A DNA stretch of 63,166 nucleotides, filler included, from Pelomyxa schiedti (taxonomy: Eukaryota; Protista; Evosea): NCBI GenBank assembly GCA_020536535.1. It is 10 parts of 10 records of this genome, joined end to end, with 100 filler letters (N's around TTAATTAATTAA, not from the genome) between each part and the next. Parts side by side here need not be neighbours in the genome. Positions count along the whole stretch, not along the records: positions 22,483 to 24,113 come from JAHLWZ010002370.1; positions 24,214 to 25,281 come from JAHLWZ010002897.1; positions 25,382 to 27,401 come from JAHLWZ010002170.1; positions 27,502 to 54,660 come from JAHLWZ010001033.1; 6 more parts are not named here. The stretch is one strand, 5' to 3'. Shown here in pieces: positions 23,699 through 37,974 of the stretch. Position 1 is the stretch's first letter, and each line of letters begins with the position of its first letter. The position numbers and the translations under genes are program-made. The notes below the pieces were generated by a model, which saw only the letters and a program-made list of their open reading frames with translations, did no database searches and had not been told where the DNA came from.

Positions 23699-26600
23699 AC
23701 TCCCGAAAGGACCAGCAGTGATGGGGAAAGGATAATTTTTTTCTCATTTTTATTTTTGCACAGGCCCTGTCTGTTGGAGCATGCTGATTACAACGGCCCA
23801 GCATACCTGCATGACTGCATGACAGCAGGGAATAAATTCCTGTGCAGCATTGTGTGTGCAATTGCATTTTTTTTTTTGTTTTTGAGATGAGCCCAAACAT
23901 GGCTGCTTGCTGGCAAGGGAAATGAATGAAACACCATGGCCTTTTTTTTATTATTTTATTTTATTTTATATTTTATTTTCGCTTTGCTCAATCTTTTGGG
24001 TGGGGCACGCAGCAGCAGTGGATCTCTCTGGTGTTGTGGTGTTTGGGGGTGAGTATCATGCATCCCCAAACCACAGCCAAAAAAGGGGGGAAAAAAAAAA
24101 TTGTGAGATACGGNNNNNNNNNNNNNNNNNNNNNNNNNNNNNNNNNNNNNNNNNNNNTTAATTAATTAANNNNNNNNNNNNNNNNNNNNNNNNNNNNNNN
24201 NNNNNNNNNNNNNGAAATTATGATTTTTTTGTTTCGGCTTTAATATTACATTGTTTTTGGGTTTTGGTTTTTTTTTGTCGATGTGTCGCAGAGCCAATAA
24301 CAATTTTCGAGATCGAGATCTCCAAAAGGAGGGACACTGTGGGGGACTCTGATGGCACCAGCGGTAACGAACAACTGACAACGTGTCACCCACCCAGTCC
24401 CTCGTCTCGTCGTGGGAGCTCTACTGCTATGCCTTCACAACTTGGCGCCCCAGTTATCACACGATCGACATTCCCTGAATCAGTAGCCCCATCGCGCTCT
24501 CGTTATTTGCATAGGCCAGGTTGCCTAGCTTCTTTCGTGCCAAGTGTCCTCGCTGTGTTTCCATAGATATATGCGGCAGGGGTCCCGCTGCACTCCCGTG
24601 TGATTGGGCGCTTCTTAAGAATTCCATATCACTTGCAGGAATCCTAAACTTTCTCGCCAGTGTTGCCAAGTTTTCAGCAGATAGTTTTCCTGTCCCTATG
24701 CTCAGTGCAGAAGCGTGATGGTTTGCCACCAGAGCAGATTCGACAAATTTCGGCAGCAGTTTTTGGCCCTTGCCACAGGCCACCCCTTCCCAGCCTCGGT
24801 CTTAGAGGAGAAGAGGAAGGAGTGGTCCTATGTAGGGCAAGCATATCTGTTTGTTGAATCCCAAGGGTGGTTCGAAAAACCAGTAGTTACTAGGTTTTTT
24901 TCTTAGAAAACCTATGTTGTGGTTGAAACAAGGTTGGTTTTGTTATAGTTCAACAAGCACTGTTCGCACAAAGAAAAAAACCATGTTGGTGCCGATGTAC
25001 ATACAAAGAAGGGTGCTTTTTCAAGTAAAAAAATCATTTCTCCCGTGCAGGCAACCAAACCAGGGGCATATCGTCATCGGCTGTTTTTTGGCCCAGGTCA
25101 CAGCCCAGGAGCCAGATTTTTCTTGCGGGACGCATTTTTCACCGAATTAGATGTCTTTGTGTCCCAAGGTTAATTAATCAAATACACCAAGTGCCGACAA
25201 TGCCGAAGAAGACCAGCGCTGCACAACAGGAGACTACGCCACCTACAAACACCACCACGGCCACAAGTTGCACCACGCCAANNNNNNNNNNNNNNNNNNN
25301 NNNNNNNNNNNNNNNNNNNNNNNNNTTAATTAATTAANNNNNNNNNNNNNNNNNNNNNNNNNNNNNNNNNNNNNNNNNNNNCATACGTCACCACAGAGCC
25401 ACCAGTGCTTGAATCTCTTCATTGAGTTGGGTGCTTGCTTGGGTTTCCTGCCATTGTTGAGCACTAGGTGCCATCAAATTGCCTTGAACGAAAACCACAA
25501 AAAAGCACCAAAAAAAATGTGAATTGCTTGAAGGCCATCAAAACAAGGGACTCAGTATCAGATTCTCTCCATTGCAAGTTGTTTCTGTAAAGCATGATCT
25601 CCCAGTAATGGCAAGGGCTATTTCTTTATGCACACATTCCACTCTTTCTCTCCCCACCTTCTCAATAAAAATATGGACAGTGAGGTTGGTGACCTGTGTC
25701 ACTCGCCAAAATATCAAATATCAATTTGATTTCGGGGAAGTTGATCTTTAACAACGAGTTTTCGATTCAATGTCAAACAATGGTTTTGCCATTTACTGTA
25801 CCGCCAAATGTGAACGACAACAACTGACATGACACTAAGGGTAACGTTTTGTCGTCAGTGCATACAATGTCGTGGCAGGCATATTTTTTTTGAATGTGCG
25901 ATTTTTGGCCACAGTACATAGCAATGATCAATCACTTCTTCATTTTGTATGGTGCTTCCTTGGAGTTTGTTGCTCGTTGATCATTCAGTGTCATCAAATT
26001 GAATTGTCCATTGGCTCTTGTTTCAAACCATAGATTCTTTGGTGCTTTTCGTCCATACGTTGCAGCCCCCTCAGATTTCCTCTCGATGGCCATGGCCAGT
26101 TTCTTGGCTAACGCACGCTCTCCCAGAAACAAAAAGCGCCATTCTGTGATGTACACGTCATGTTCTTTCCTTTCCCACGTGTTCAACAACAACGGAGGAA
26201 GTGACAGAAAGTGAGCAGCCTGACCAGCACTTCGCTTCAGAGATGGAATGATTTCCAATAAGGTCAATCTGTTAATTTAAATTCTCATTCGTTTCTAAAT
26301 AAATTGGCACCCAGAGGGGCCGGGTGTCCGGCGGCACGATGGTCGCCGTTGGTTGTGCACAACCTCACCACACGTCAGCAAACATCGTGTTGTTCGTTGT
26401 TTGGGGGTTTGGGGGGCTCGTTTCGATGTCGTGGTTGCGGTACATGCCACTCCACAACAAGTTGGAGTTCCCCGACGAAGTCTAGTAACTATTTGCTCCA
26501 CTCGACAAAGAAAATAGTTACTAGACTATAGTCCCCATTGCCAAAAGTACTCCGAGTGGCATGTACCGCAAAAAAAACCACATGCCACGCCAAAAACCTG

Positions 26601-27501
26601 GCAACCACGCCAACCACCTCGTTGTTGTAAACACAAGTCATCTTTCCAAACCCTACTGCCGCACTTCCTTGTGGAGGTGTCACACCCACACTGCCTCGAT
26701 TTTTAGCTTAGACCGTGGTTTAGACCGTTTTTCGTCGTCTCTCATCGATTTTCCATTCTATCCCCTAAGTTTAGCAAATTCTATCCTAAACCTATCCAAT
26801 CCCTACGCGTTTTGCCACATGTGAAAATTTTAGTTAGTGTTGTGTCCTGCGTGCGTTGCGTGCGGTGGTGTAGCCAAGTGATGTGGTGTTGTTTTACTGT
26901 CGGTTTTTGTTGTACCCACCGAGCATTGAGTTTTTGGTTGGTTGCCGACCGTCGGTTTTTTTTGTGGTCGGGCTCGGTTTTTTTGTTCGGGATGTGGTGT
27001 TGGTTATACACCACATCTTTATTGAAAATTTTTCGGGAGCTACATAGAGGTAGGTCGGTCGCGGTGCGCAAGGGGGAAACATTTTTTTTTTTTTGGGCAA
27101 CGGCCGAAAAGAACGGAGTGGTGCACCAAAACGTGTTCCCCTCCCGACACAGAGCGTGCCCGCGGGTGGTGATGAAACGCTTCGTTGAACATCACTGACT
27201 TAGAAAATTTTGTTTTAAGAGGCTTGAAGGTTGTTCTACTGACAATCAAAGTATTTTTTTTTCCTTTGGGCCCAAACATCGGAACCACAGGGCCTCCGTA
27301 CCCAGATGTGCGTCCATACGATGTGTCACACCGTGGGTAGGACTGTTGGCGCGAGCAGGGACGTCGAGGGTCACTTGTGGCCGAGAAAACCAATGAGGGA
27401 GNNNNNNNNNNNNNNNNNNNNNNNNNNNNNNNNNNNNNNNNNNNNTTAATTAATTAANNNNNNNNNNNNNNNNNNNNNNNNNNNNNNNNNNNNNNNNNNN
27501 N

Positions 27502-28233
27502 TTCCCCTTTCCGATTTCATTTTACCCTTGTTTGTTGTCTATTATGGAACATTACATTCCAGTCTCAAATAGGTTCAATTGCGTTTCTATTTAAATCTCC
27601 CTCATAATCGTACAAGGTGTAATTCAATTGCAAGCAAAGTCGTACAAGTACATACAGTCTCTGGAAGTTTGTTGGAGTTCGGCTGGCATCAAAAAGGTTT
27701 TGTGTTTTTATGTAGCTCTCCCTAACATTCGTTATGAGGTGCTGCATATTCTGAACGATTTCTGCAAGCTACAACAAGTACATACAGTCTCTGGAAGTTT
27801 GGCATCATTGGCATCATTGGCATCATTGGCATCATTGGGATGGTGGCAGTTGGTGGGATGTTGATGGAGAATCACGTGTCATCAAATGTGGGGGGGGTGT
27901 GGGGTGCTAGGCGTGGTTTTGGCTACAAAGTTCTGAGGTGTCACGCCTCTTCTATGGCGTGATAGCTGCACTACTTTAATCCCCAGCCTCACACCCCCCA
28001 AGCCAAACTGCAGCTAGCTCAGCCTCGCCTCCTTCAAATTGAATCAGAGTGGTTATTAGGTTGGTTGAGTTCTTCACTTTAATTCACTTCATTAACATCC
28101 TATCCTAGGTTTTTCCCCTTTCCGATTTCATTTTACCCTTGTTTGTTGTCTATTATGGAACATTACATTCCAGTCTCAAATAGGTTCAATTGCGTTTCTA
28201 TTTAAATCTCCCTCATAATCGTACAAGGTGTAA
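27502..28233 (+). repeat. 121-bp direct repeat (27502-27622 = 28113-28233; third copy 53025-53145) plus a (GGCATCATT)x4 minisatellite at ~27801-27838
   Basis: Direct sequence identity. Confidence 0.85.
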
Positions 28234-29715
28234 GTTACCGTGTTATGCCCACATTCCTCTAGGACCACACAGAAGCCTGTGAGACATATGCAAACTTATT
28301 GGGGCTGCTCGTTGCTAGATGTAACTGTCACACAACAACAGACAACCTATCCCCCTGGCCGGAGCTATTGATTTAATTCTGTTTAATCCATCAACCAATA
28401 CTTCTTATTCAATCCCTCGTTTTAGTGAGTTCGTAGAGTTTTGAGGCTTTGCCAATTTTTGTGGGTGGGGAAGATGGTGGGTAGTGTGAAAAGTAGGGTC
28501 GGAGTGGGGCTGAGCCGAGTTTAACATATGAAGAGGCAGGAAAGGGTTGGTCCAATGTACTTGGTGTTGGATGGGAGCTTTCTGATAATCAGTGCAAGCT
28601 GTGAATTCCTCCAAAATGCCTGTTCCCTGAGACCTCGCACTTGGCATGTTGGTGTATTGCCACTTTTTCTGAATTTTTGTTGGGGAGAGAACGGCCTCAC
28701 TGAGTTCGGACTTGAGGCAACCTCGAACCTATTTTTTTGGTGGGTCGTAAGATGAGAGGGGATAGGAAACCATGGGTTAGTGCTATAACATCGAACAATA
28801 CATCCAACTTTGAGTGCTAGAGGAGAAAATTTCACCCACCAGGAGAAACTGTGAGTTGTTAGCTTCTTTCCAGTTATAACGTTCCCAGTAAGCATTTGAC
28901 CAGTAGTTTGAATTTCCAAGGAGTGAAGGAATATCCTCAAATGATCCGGCACACGTTAGATTCCAAAGAAGCAAACCGAAGAAGCGTCATAGATACCCAG
29001 GCTATCGGAATACAGGTAGTACTATGAAAGTCCAGGAGGTTGGAAGTGGAAGTGGAAGTGGCGGAAGCAGAAGAACTATTAGCTTCAATGGTTCTCTATG
29101 TCAAGAATTTCACAGTGGCTCTTGACGAAAGTGCAAACAGAATCGCCGTCCCTACCCAAAACACTAGTTACTGAAGATATTGCAGAGTTTACAACCATCT
29201 GGGCCTGTTTTAGGGATCAGTTGCAAGATATAAATGACGTCCTTGTGAGATCGCCTTTGAGTATCTGTTTTGTTGAAGCAGCGCCTGTTGCTCCTGTTTA
29301 TACTTCTTGCACGACAACGATGGTGCTGGCGGGCGCCCCATCCAATTCAGAACCGTCGAAAAGTGAGAAATTGGCCGGCCTCAACTCAGCCAGTATTGTC
29401 TTTCTGTATGTGTACCAGAAATTGTAGTGGCTCCTGTGAGGTTCCCTGAGGAAGAGGCAACTGTCGGACCCCCCTTCAGGAGTGGTTACACAGTGCCGAA
29501 GACAACGGCTGTGCTGTTGCCAGAAGCTGTATGCGGCAGTGGCAAGTCGGGCCGTACCGCCATGCCCGGGACATGTCCCCTTTCTCTTTCCGTTCCTGGC
29601 GGTGCTGTGCTTTTTCTTCATCACGTTTGTTCTGTTGGAAGGACACAGTCTGCGCTGTTGTGTCTCGGCCGCCTCCAATCGGTTTGACAAAAAGAAAAAA
29701 ATCAAGATTATCTTG

Positions 29716-31480
<1,765 letters not shown>

Positions 31481-31687
31481 CTTCCTTCTTTGTTCGAAAC
31501 TTTTTTGTTTTATTTTCCTGTTTGATGGGTTATGAACTCAGGCCCCGAAACTAATCTGCCCCAGGAATGCTTACGGCCATAAGCACTATTCTAGAGCATG
31601 TTCGCTCAGTGTCTCCTTGTGATTGCAACCGAGATCCTCCCACTCTTCCAAGAAACCGTTCATTCGTGAAAAAAACCAAAAAAAGAA

Positions 31688-32881
31688 ATGGCAAGTAGTT
31701 ACGATGAAACGGCCGAAGGTGTAACCGAGGACACCCACAGCGTAACACGCGACGAAGAGGAGATCCAAATATCAGGCGACTTCGTTCGCCCCAAGAAGGA
31801 AGGCGCCAGGCCACCGCCCGAAGGAGGCAGCGCCCAGTATCCAGAGTACTTCGTGGTCAAAGGAGGGCTGTGCACCTTCAACCACCTGTTCGACTTTGCC
31901 ATCCACGACGGCGAAATATGGTACCGCAAGCACCTCATCCCTCCCCTCTTCCGCTCAGCCCACAACATCACCAGCCCACACGACTCCCCTTCCTCTTCCT
32001 TTTTCTTTCCTTATCCCTCTTCCTCTTCCTCTTCTTCATCTTCGGCATCATCATCCACTTTGTCGGACCCCGGTCGTACGTGGCGCCACATTCCCTTCGA
32101 TGCAGAAGAAGGCGAGGACCCCGTCGCGCTCTCGGCGGACGGCGCAAATCTGATGGTGCTGGACACCCGCCACGTGATTCACTACAAGAAGGTGTGCCGC
32201 GAGACCCGGCGCCCCAAAATGGGCGAGTACTCCTTCGTCGACACCTGCACGGCCCATAATTGGGTGCGGCAGTGGTTCGCCTTCCCAATCCTGCGCCTGG
32301 CCTCTCTCGTCGTCCGGCCCTCCAAGCTGAAGCTCCCTCACGACCACCTTCTGTGGTCCTGCTCCCACAGGGGCAGGTTCAACGAATTCTGGGAGGATTC
32401 CTCCGGCCGCAGGCACCCGGAATTCTCGATGGTCACTACTTCCTATGCCGTGAAGCCTGATGGAAAGGACCTGGTATTCGCGGACCCGTATCTGCCGAAC
32501 CACTTTGGAATCCGCGGTGGAATCGTGGGCCCGGTCCACGAACCTGAGTTCGACATTCACTGCTTGGATTCCAGTGCTTCCTGTGTGTGCGTGGTGGGAC
32601 GCAGGCCTGGTGGCAAGGACAGGCTTTTTGTTAGGTACACTGACTACGACTTGCTTGGGAAGAACCCGATTCTGTTTGGCTTCTACCGTAACGGGTTTAC
32701 TGTGGATCAGACGTGGGTGGAGCACAGCCTACCAAGGGACGTCTCCAATGTATCTGATGTAAGTGTGAGCCAAGTCGGAATGGGCAATGCTGAGAGGCTT
32801 ATTGTAATAAGGGATGCTACCACCTCCGCCATTTTCTCGAAAAAGGTGTTTGATGCTGTGTGGGTAATGTACATTCCATAA
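31688..32881 (+). CDS. Intronless 397-aa hypothetical protein, beta-rich (possible propeller)
   Basis: Uninterrupted ATG-stop ORF with high GC3 and globular, Trp-rich composition. Confidence 0.75.
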   Translation: MASSYDETAEGVTEDTHSVTRDEEEIQISGDFVRPKKEGARPPPEGGSAQYPEYFVVKGGLCTFNHLFDFAIHDGEIWYRKHLIPPLFRSAHNITSPHDSPSSSFFFPYPSSSSSSSSSASSSTLSDPGRTWRHIPFDAEEGEDPVALSADGANLMVLDTRHVIHYKKVCRETRRPKMGEYSFVDTCTAHNWVRQWFAFPILRLASLVVRPSKLKLPHDHLLWSCSHRGRFNEFWEDSSGRRHPEFSMVTTSYAVKPDGKDLVFADPYLPNHFGIRGGIVGPVHEPEFDIHCLDSSASCVCVVGRRPGGKDRLFVRYTDYDLLGKNPILFGFYRNGFTVDQTWVEHSLPRDVSNVSDVSVSQVGMGNAERLIVIRDATTSAIFSKKVFDAVWVMYIP

Positions 32882-32940
32882 GCCCCGAATGTATGGATTC
32901 ATGGATTTTAACATAATTCTATTCTTGTGAATCATTTATT

Positions 32941-35900
32941 TCATTCACAAGCGATTTTCGTGTCACAGCTTGTTAGTGCAATGCCAAGTGCTTGTAGTGG
33001 TGAAAGTGGGTACTGGAAATCCAGTGTAAAAACATCCTCTGTGAGTTTTCCAAATTGTATAATTACATTTCCACCTAGAGATTGGGTAAGGGAAGGAAGC
33101 ACTATTTTGGTACACACTTGGGGTTGTAGAATCCACAAGCTGAAAGTTTTTTACAGAGTGGAGCTTGAGAAATGTTAGGGGAAAAAAGGAGAGTGATTAG
33201 AAATACTCGTGTGCTTCCTCCACCTATTGGTAGTTCTGAGTTTGGTTAGTTTATGTTTGGTGAATTTACCGTAATCTAGAAGGTACATCCTTTTCCCTGT
33301 AAGCAGTGAGGTTTGTTTTTTCACAAGCTATTATGCCAAATACCTTCATCCCAAACAGGTGCTTTATTTACAAGAACAATCATGCCTTTGAACTCATTAA
33401 ATTTTGCTCTATCAAGAAGGCTCTCTGGCATTATTCCTTTTATTTCAGTGGATGGAATAAGGACTGTCATCTAAAACAGTGAGTTAATTTGGGTTAAAAA
33501 GCGGTTTCTACTTTTCTGCTACTTAGTCCCAGTACGTTTTTCGACTGCGGAACAAAAGATATTAGTAATGTCTGAAAAAAAGAAATTGAATTGTTTGTTT
33601 TTCTATTTGTTAGGATAAGAAGAGAGATTACATAAATTACTGCTGCAAGTTCGTGCCGCTGGTTGGAAGTGGAAGGATTTTTCAAAGGGTTATCACCTTC
33701 ATCAAAAATTTGGTATTCTGTGCCAACAAAATTGCTCCTAGCATGAACCTTAATTTAATAAGCTATTGGATTGGTAGTACCTCACTTTCCCTAGATAACA
33801 GGCAGACTTTCTAGCTAAATTTGTCTCATCTGAAGATATGAGATAGTTGGAAGATGTTGAACGCTTCCTCTTTCGGGCTGACATTATGAACTGTCCGGTA
33901 TCTTGAAGATGAACCTGAAAGACCTTTAGTTTGAAAATAAAATAACCTACTGTTGTACCGCATAGGTGGAGTACAGCTTGGAATTTCTATGAACCTTACA
34001 GTGTACTACAGTGTTTACAGGTGGTGGTGAGGTTAAAAAGTGAAGCAACTCTGTTGCTGCTGTAGGGAGTGCGGGGCTGGGACCTGAAAGTGCTCCGTCT
34101 ACTTGCAGTGGCTCGTGATGTGTGATGGTTGTTGTGCATGGTTGATGAGGGTCGGTAGTGTGCCTGGAATCTGATATTGCAGACTCCATCTTCTCACCGT
34201 TATCTGCGTCTGTATCCTGCAAAGTTATCGTTAGAAAGAGAAAAGACCCCAACTCCCAAGTTGACAGACTTACAGCCTGTACTGTATTATTTACACGCTT
34301 CTCTTTTCTGGAATTGGCTTGCTTTCTGCCGTTGCCGGAATGTACACGATTGTTTGTGGCTTCGTGGTGAGATTCTGTTGGTTGTGTGTGTTCATTTGAT
34401 TTGGGACTGCTTTGAGTGTAATTGTGGGTTCTAGTTGTTCTACTACTCTCAGTGCAGGTCGTACTGTCGGTGTTGGTATTGCTGTGAGAGTTGGCGCGGG
34501 TAGCACCCTGGCTATCACCTCTGTTTTTCATATGAGCGTCCCTACTTGGGGTGTGGCTGGTAGTTGTGTGAGTTGTGCCAGGGGGAATTGATTGGGGATT
34601 GGCAATCCTATTAGTGGAAGGGGTGTTGGGGTGAGTTCTGATGTGAGTGTGGTTTTGTGGGTTGGCAGTGGAGTTAAAAGCGGGACCTGAGGAAATAGGG
34701 ATATACTCTGCAGCATCAACACAAGATTGAAGCGGTTTTAATGGAGGAATTGTATTGATGTTTGTGGCTCTTGACTGATCAGGTTTTATAACGGGCTCAT
34801 TTGAAGCTTTGACCAAGGGAGCAAAATTAACTGGAACAGCTACAGCTTTCTCATAGATTACATGGGGCTGTGCTGTGGGAGTTGGAGTGGTGGTAGTGGT
34901 AGTGGTAGTGGTTGTGGTTCGTGCTGTTCCTGCAGATGCTGTAGAATTTGAGGTCCCAGGTTTGGCTTGGCTATGTGTGGTTTTTACTGGTGTCATTGTA
35001 CCATGGTGTCCCCTTGTCTCACTGTGCTCTGTGGTGGAAATGACACCTCCTGTTTGAGAATTTATGAATTAAAAAATCTCCTTAATTCCCTGCAACCTTG
35101 TAGAGCCCTTTCTCGGCGCTTTTGGGCTGCTATCAGTTGGGTACGTCGTCTAGCATCATATTCCAAATGTGCTGAATCAAGTGCTGAAATTTTTGAAGGC
35201 GTGTGAGGCTCGTTTTGGCTAGGAGTCAGGGAGGAAACAGAGTAACTGGGAGTGGAGGGAGTAATTTCCTCGGAAGGGATGGGTAACTTGTTTTCCAACA
35301 GCACGTTTGCCGAATTTACAGTTCTATTTACAGTATTTGCACATGCCATTCTTGATTGCTTTCTCTTTGGCTCAGAATTGGCAATTGCCTGGTCACATGT
35401 GGAATATGAATTTGCCTCTGTAGGGATTTTCGTTCGATGTGCATGTGTGACAGGGGTACCAGTTTCTTCAGGTATGGGTACATCAACCTGGACTTGTTGT
35501 TGTTGTTGTTTGCGATGGAGTGGTTGAGGAATCCCCTGGGGTTGTAATGTATGGTGAGGTTGTTTTGGCTTGGATTGTGATGGTTTGGGTTTTATATGTT
35601 GATGTGGGATTTCTGAATGCTGCACCTCGCCAAAGGGCACATCAGTCCCACAATCGCCGATTGGGAAGTCGGCTCCGTCACCAGTGGCTACCACAGCCTC
35701 CTGAGGTGCAACAATCACGCGAGTGGACTTGACATTGACATTGACACGTGAGGCTGTTGCTGCTGTTTCGCCCTGCTTCTGCAGATGTGGGTCGTTTCCT
35801 TTTCTTCGGGGGTTGCGAGGCTCCCCACCACTCCCGCCCTGGTGGGCCTTTTGAATTGTGGGATCCTGGGTGTTGTGGACGGTACTCTGTGGCGTGTCCT

Positions 35901-36528
35901 GTCGTGCCTGCAGTTGCTTATTGTGGCTGTGCACTTGTAGTTGCTGTTGTTGCTGTTGTTGCTGTTGTTGCTGTTGCTGCGTTTGTTGCTGACGCGTCTT
36001 CTGTGGCTGTGGTTGTGCCTGTGTCAGTGGCTGCTGTTGCGGCTGTGCCGCCTGCCTCTGCCTTGGCCGCTGCTGCGGTTGTTGGTCTTGGCCTGGCAGC
36101 GGCGGCCGCTGGGCCTTGGGGGCCCCAGAGGAGTGGTGTACCCTGGTGGCGGTGGCGGCGGAGCCGTTGGTAGCCGCAGCCGTGCTTGGGTTGTCATTGT
36201 CGGCCCCGCCATGGCGGGCGGCAGGCGGATGCGCTGTCACCTCGGCCTGCCCGACAGTGGCTGCCGCTGCTGCACTTTGGCGGGCGCGGCGCTGCGGGTC
36301 CCCGGGGTTGGCCCTCGCCGGCGGGGCACCGCGGTGGGCCACGGCCACGGAAGCGTGGGGGTGCGTGGGAGAGGCGGCTGCCTTGTGCGTGTTTGCGGCG
36401 GCTGCCGTGGCGGTCGTTGTTGTAGGCTGTCGCACTCGGCCAGTGGCCGCGTCTGTGTGGTGGTGGTGATGCTCCACGCCACCAGGTGTCGGTCTCGAGG
36501 CACGAGCTTCCGTGCTGGTTTGGTGCAT
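32941..36528 (-). CDS. Tubby-like protein (C-terminal Tub domain; long Q/T/P-rich N-terminus)
   Basis: KRKKRSTSSNY, SNFVGTEYQIFDEG, RHELAAVIY and IIQFGKLTEDVFTLDFQYPLSPLQALGIALTSCDTKIACE*. Start and N-terminal linkage inferred. Confidence 0.85.
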
Positions 36529-36769
36529 CACGCAATTTCCGGTAAAAGACAAAATGACAAAAGCAGGGGGCTGATTGGTGTGAGGGAGTGGGAGGACTTG
36601 GGCTCTGTTGTCGTGGAATGCACCCTAGAAAGGGAAAAAGAGGAAAAAACCGTTTGTGTCCTGGAAACAGTTCCGTTCTCACATCAAGGTTACTCGCCGT
36701 GATGCGAAAGCCAAAAGAAAGAGCAAGGCAGACAACGCCCCCATAATTATCTCACAATACTTGCGAGTG

Positions 36770-37652
36770 ATGTCGTCTTCAACCGAAGGTGTTGCTTCGG
36801 CGAGGCCCGTGCGCGTTGCGCCGTCGTTGCTCAGCGGGGACTTTGCCCGGCTGGGCGAGGACGCCAAGTTGGTTCTCGACCAGGGCGCGGACTGGTTGCA
36901 CATCGACGTCATGGATGGGCACTTTGTTCCAAACCTCACAATAGGTTGGTGTTGGTTTGGCTTTTGTCAGTTATTTTTGGTTGTGCTGGGCTGGTTCTCA
37001 TTCAAATATTTCCTGGAAGAATTCTTTTTAATAGTATATACCATTAGGAGCTCCGGTTGTTAAGAGTCTGAGGAAGGCGCTACCCACTGCGTTTTTTGAC
37101 TGCCACTTGATGGTAACACATCCGGAAAAATGGGTGACTGACTTCAAGAATTCTGGCGCCAGTCAGTACACTTTCCACATTGAAGCAACTGAAAATCGAC
37201 CAGAGGTCTTTCAACCTGAAAACAATCTTACATCACATCAACTACCAAAAACACTGGCTACTTTGCTAACTGCCACATGATAGGGTTCTATTACCGATTC
37301 TCTCATTGATTCCATTAAAGCTGCTGGCATGCGTGTTGGAATTGCAGTGAAGCCCAACACCCCAATTTCATCAGTCTTTCCCTATGCCAACAAAGTCGAC
37401 ATGATCCTCGTCATGACTGTGGAACCTGGATTTGGTGGCCAGTCTTTCATGGCAAACATGATGCCCAAGGTGGCTGAAATTCGCACCAAGTTCCCTTCTG
37501 TGGATATCCAAGTTGATGGTGGAATTGACACCACCACAGTACATCAAGCATCACAAGCTGGAGCTAATATAATGGTTGCTGGAACTGCTGTATTCAGGCC
37601 ATCAGGAGGCCTTACAATGCACCAAGTGATTGAAGCAATCAAGAGGGGATAG
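36770..37652 (+). CDS. RPE: Ribulose-phosphate 3-epimerase
   Basis: [47 protein letters not shown] and IQVDGG. Confidence 0.97.
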
Positions 37653-37974
37653 CCACCATATTTTTTCCTGTTTCTATGACTTCTATTTTAAAAACACGCA
37701 ACATTTTTCATCCCAAAATTTTCTTTTAGCCACACCCACCACCGCGATTAAGACGAAACAACTCTGGCCATTGTTGGGACACAGCGACCCGAACCGGGCT
37801 CTGTGCTTTGGTTTAGGGTTCTTGCCGAGTCCCATACAAAACAGCAACGATGAGTTCTGTGCTACTCACAATCAGTGTGGGCGGTGCTCTTTTCAATCGT
37901 GGTAAATATTTTTATTTTTTTATTTTTGGTTTGTTTGGCTGTGTGGTTGGTGTGAGTTTGTTTGTAGGGTGCCT

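Larger units (their letters stand above)
22483..24113. repeat. Contig with an identical 56-nt direct terminal repeat (22483-22538 = 24058-24113); 1575-bp tandem or circular unit
   Basis: Both ends read atgcatccccaaaccacagccaaaaaagggggg(a10)ttgtgagatacgg. Confidence 0.85.

Noticed and set aside
24214-27401. Short ORFs on two small contigs, including a faint hAT-dimerisation-like phrase near 25530-25750 (minus)
   Set aside because: No convincing motif set, TIRs or splice model; unassignable by eye.
29098-29427. 109-aa plus-strand ORF conserved in both 2-kb repeat copies
   Set aside because: Conservation is explained by recent duplication, and it has no recognisable domain.
35748-36702. Long plus-strand ORFs (poly-Leu/Val/Ala); similar ones at 8764-9000, 43835-45003 and 20815-21342
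   Set aside because: Antisense or alternate-frame shadows of low-complexity or GC-rich exons.
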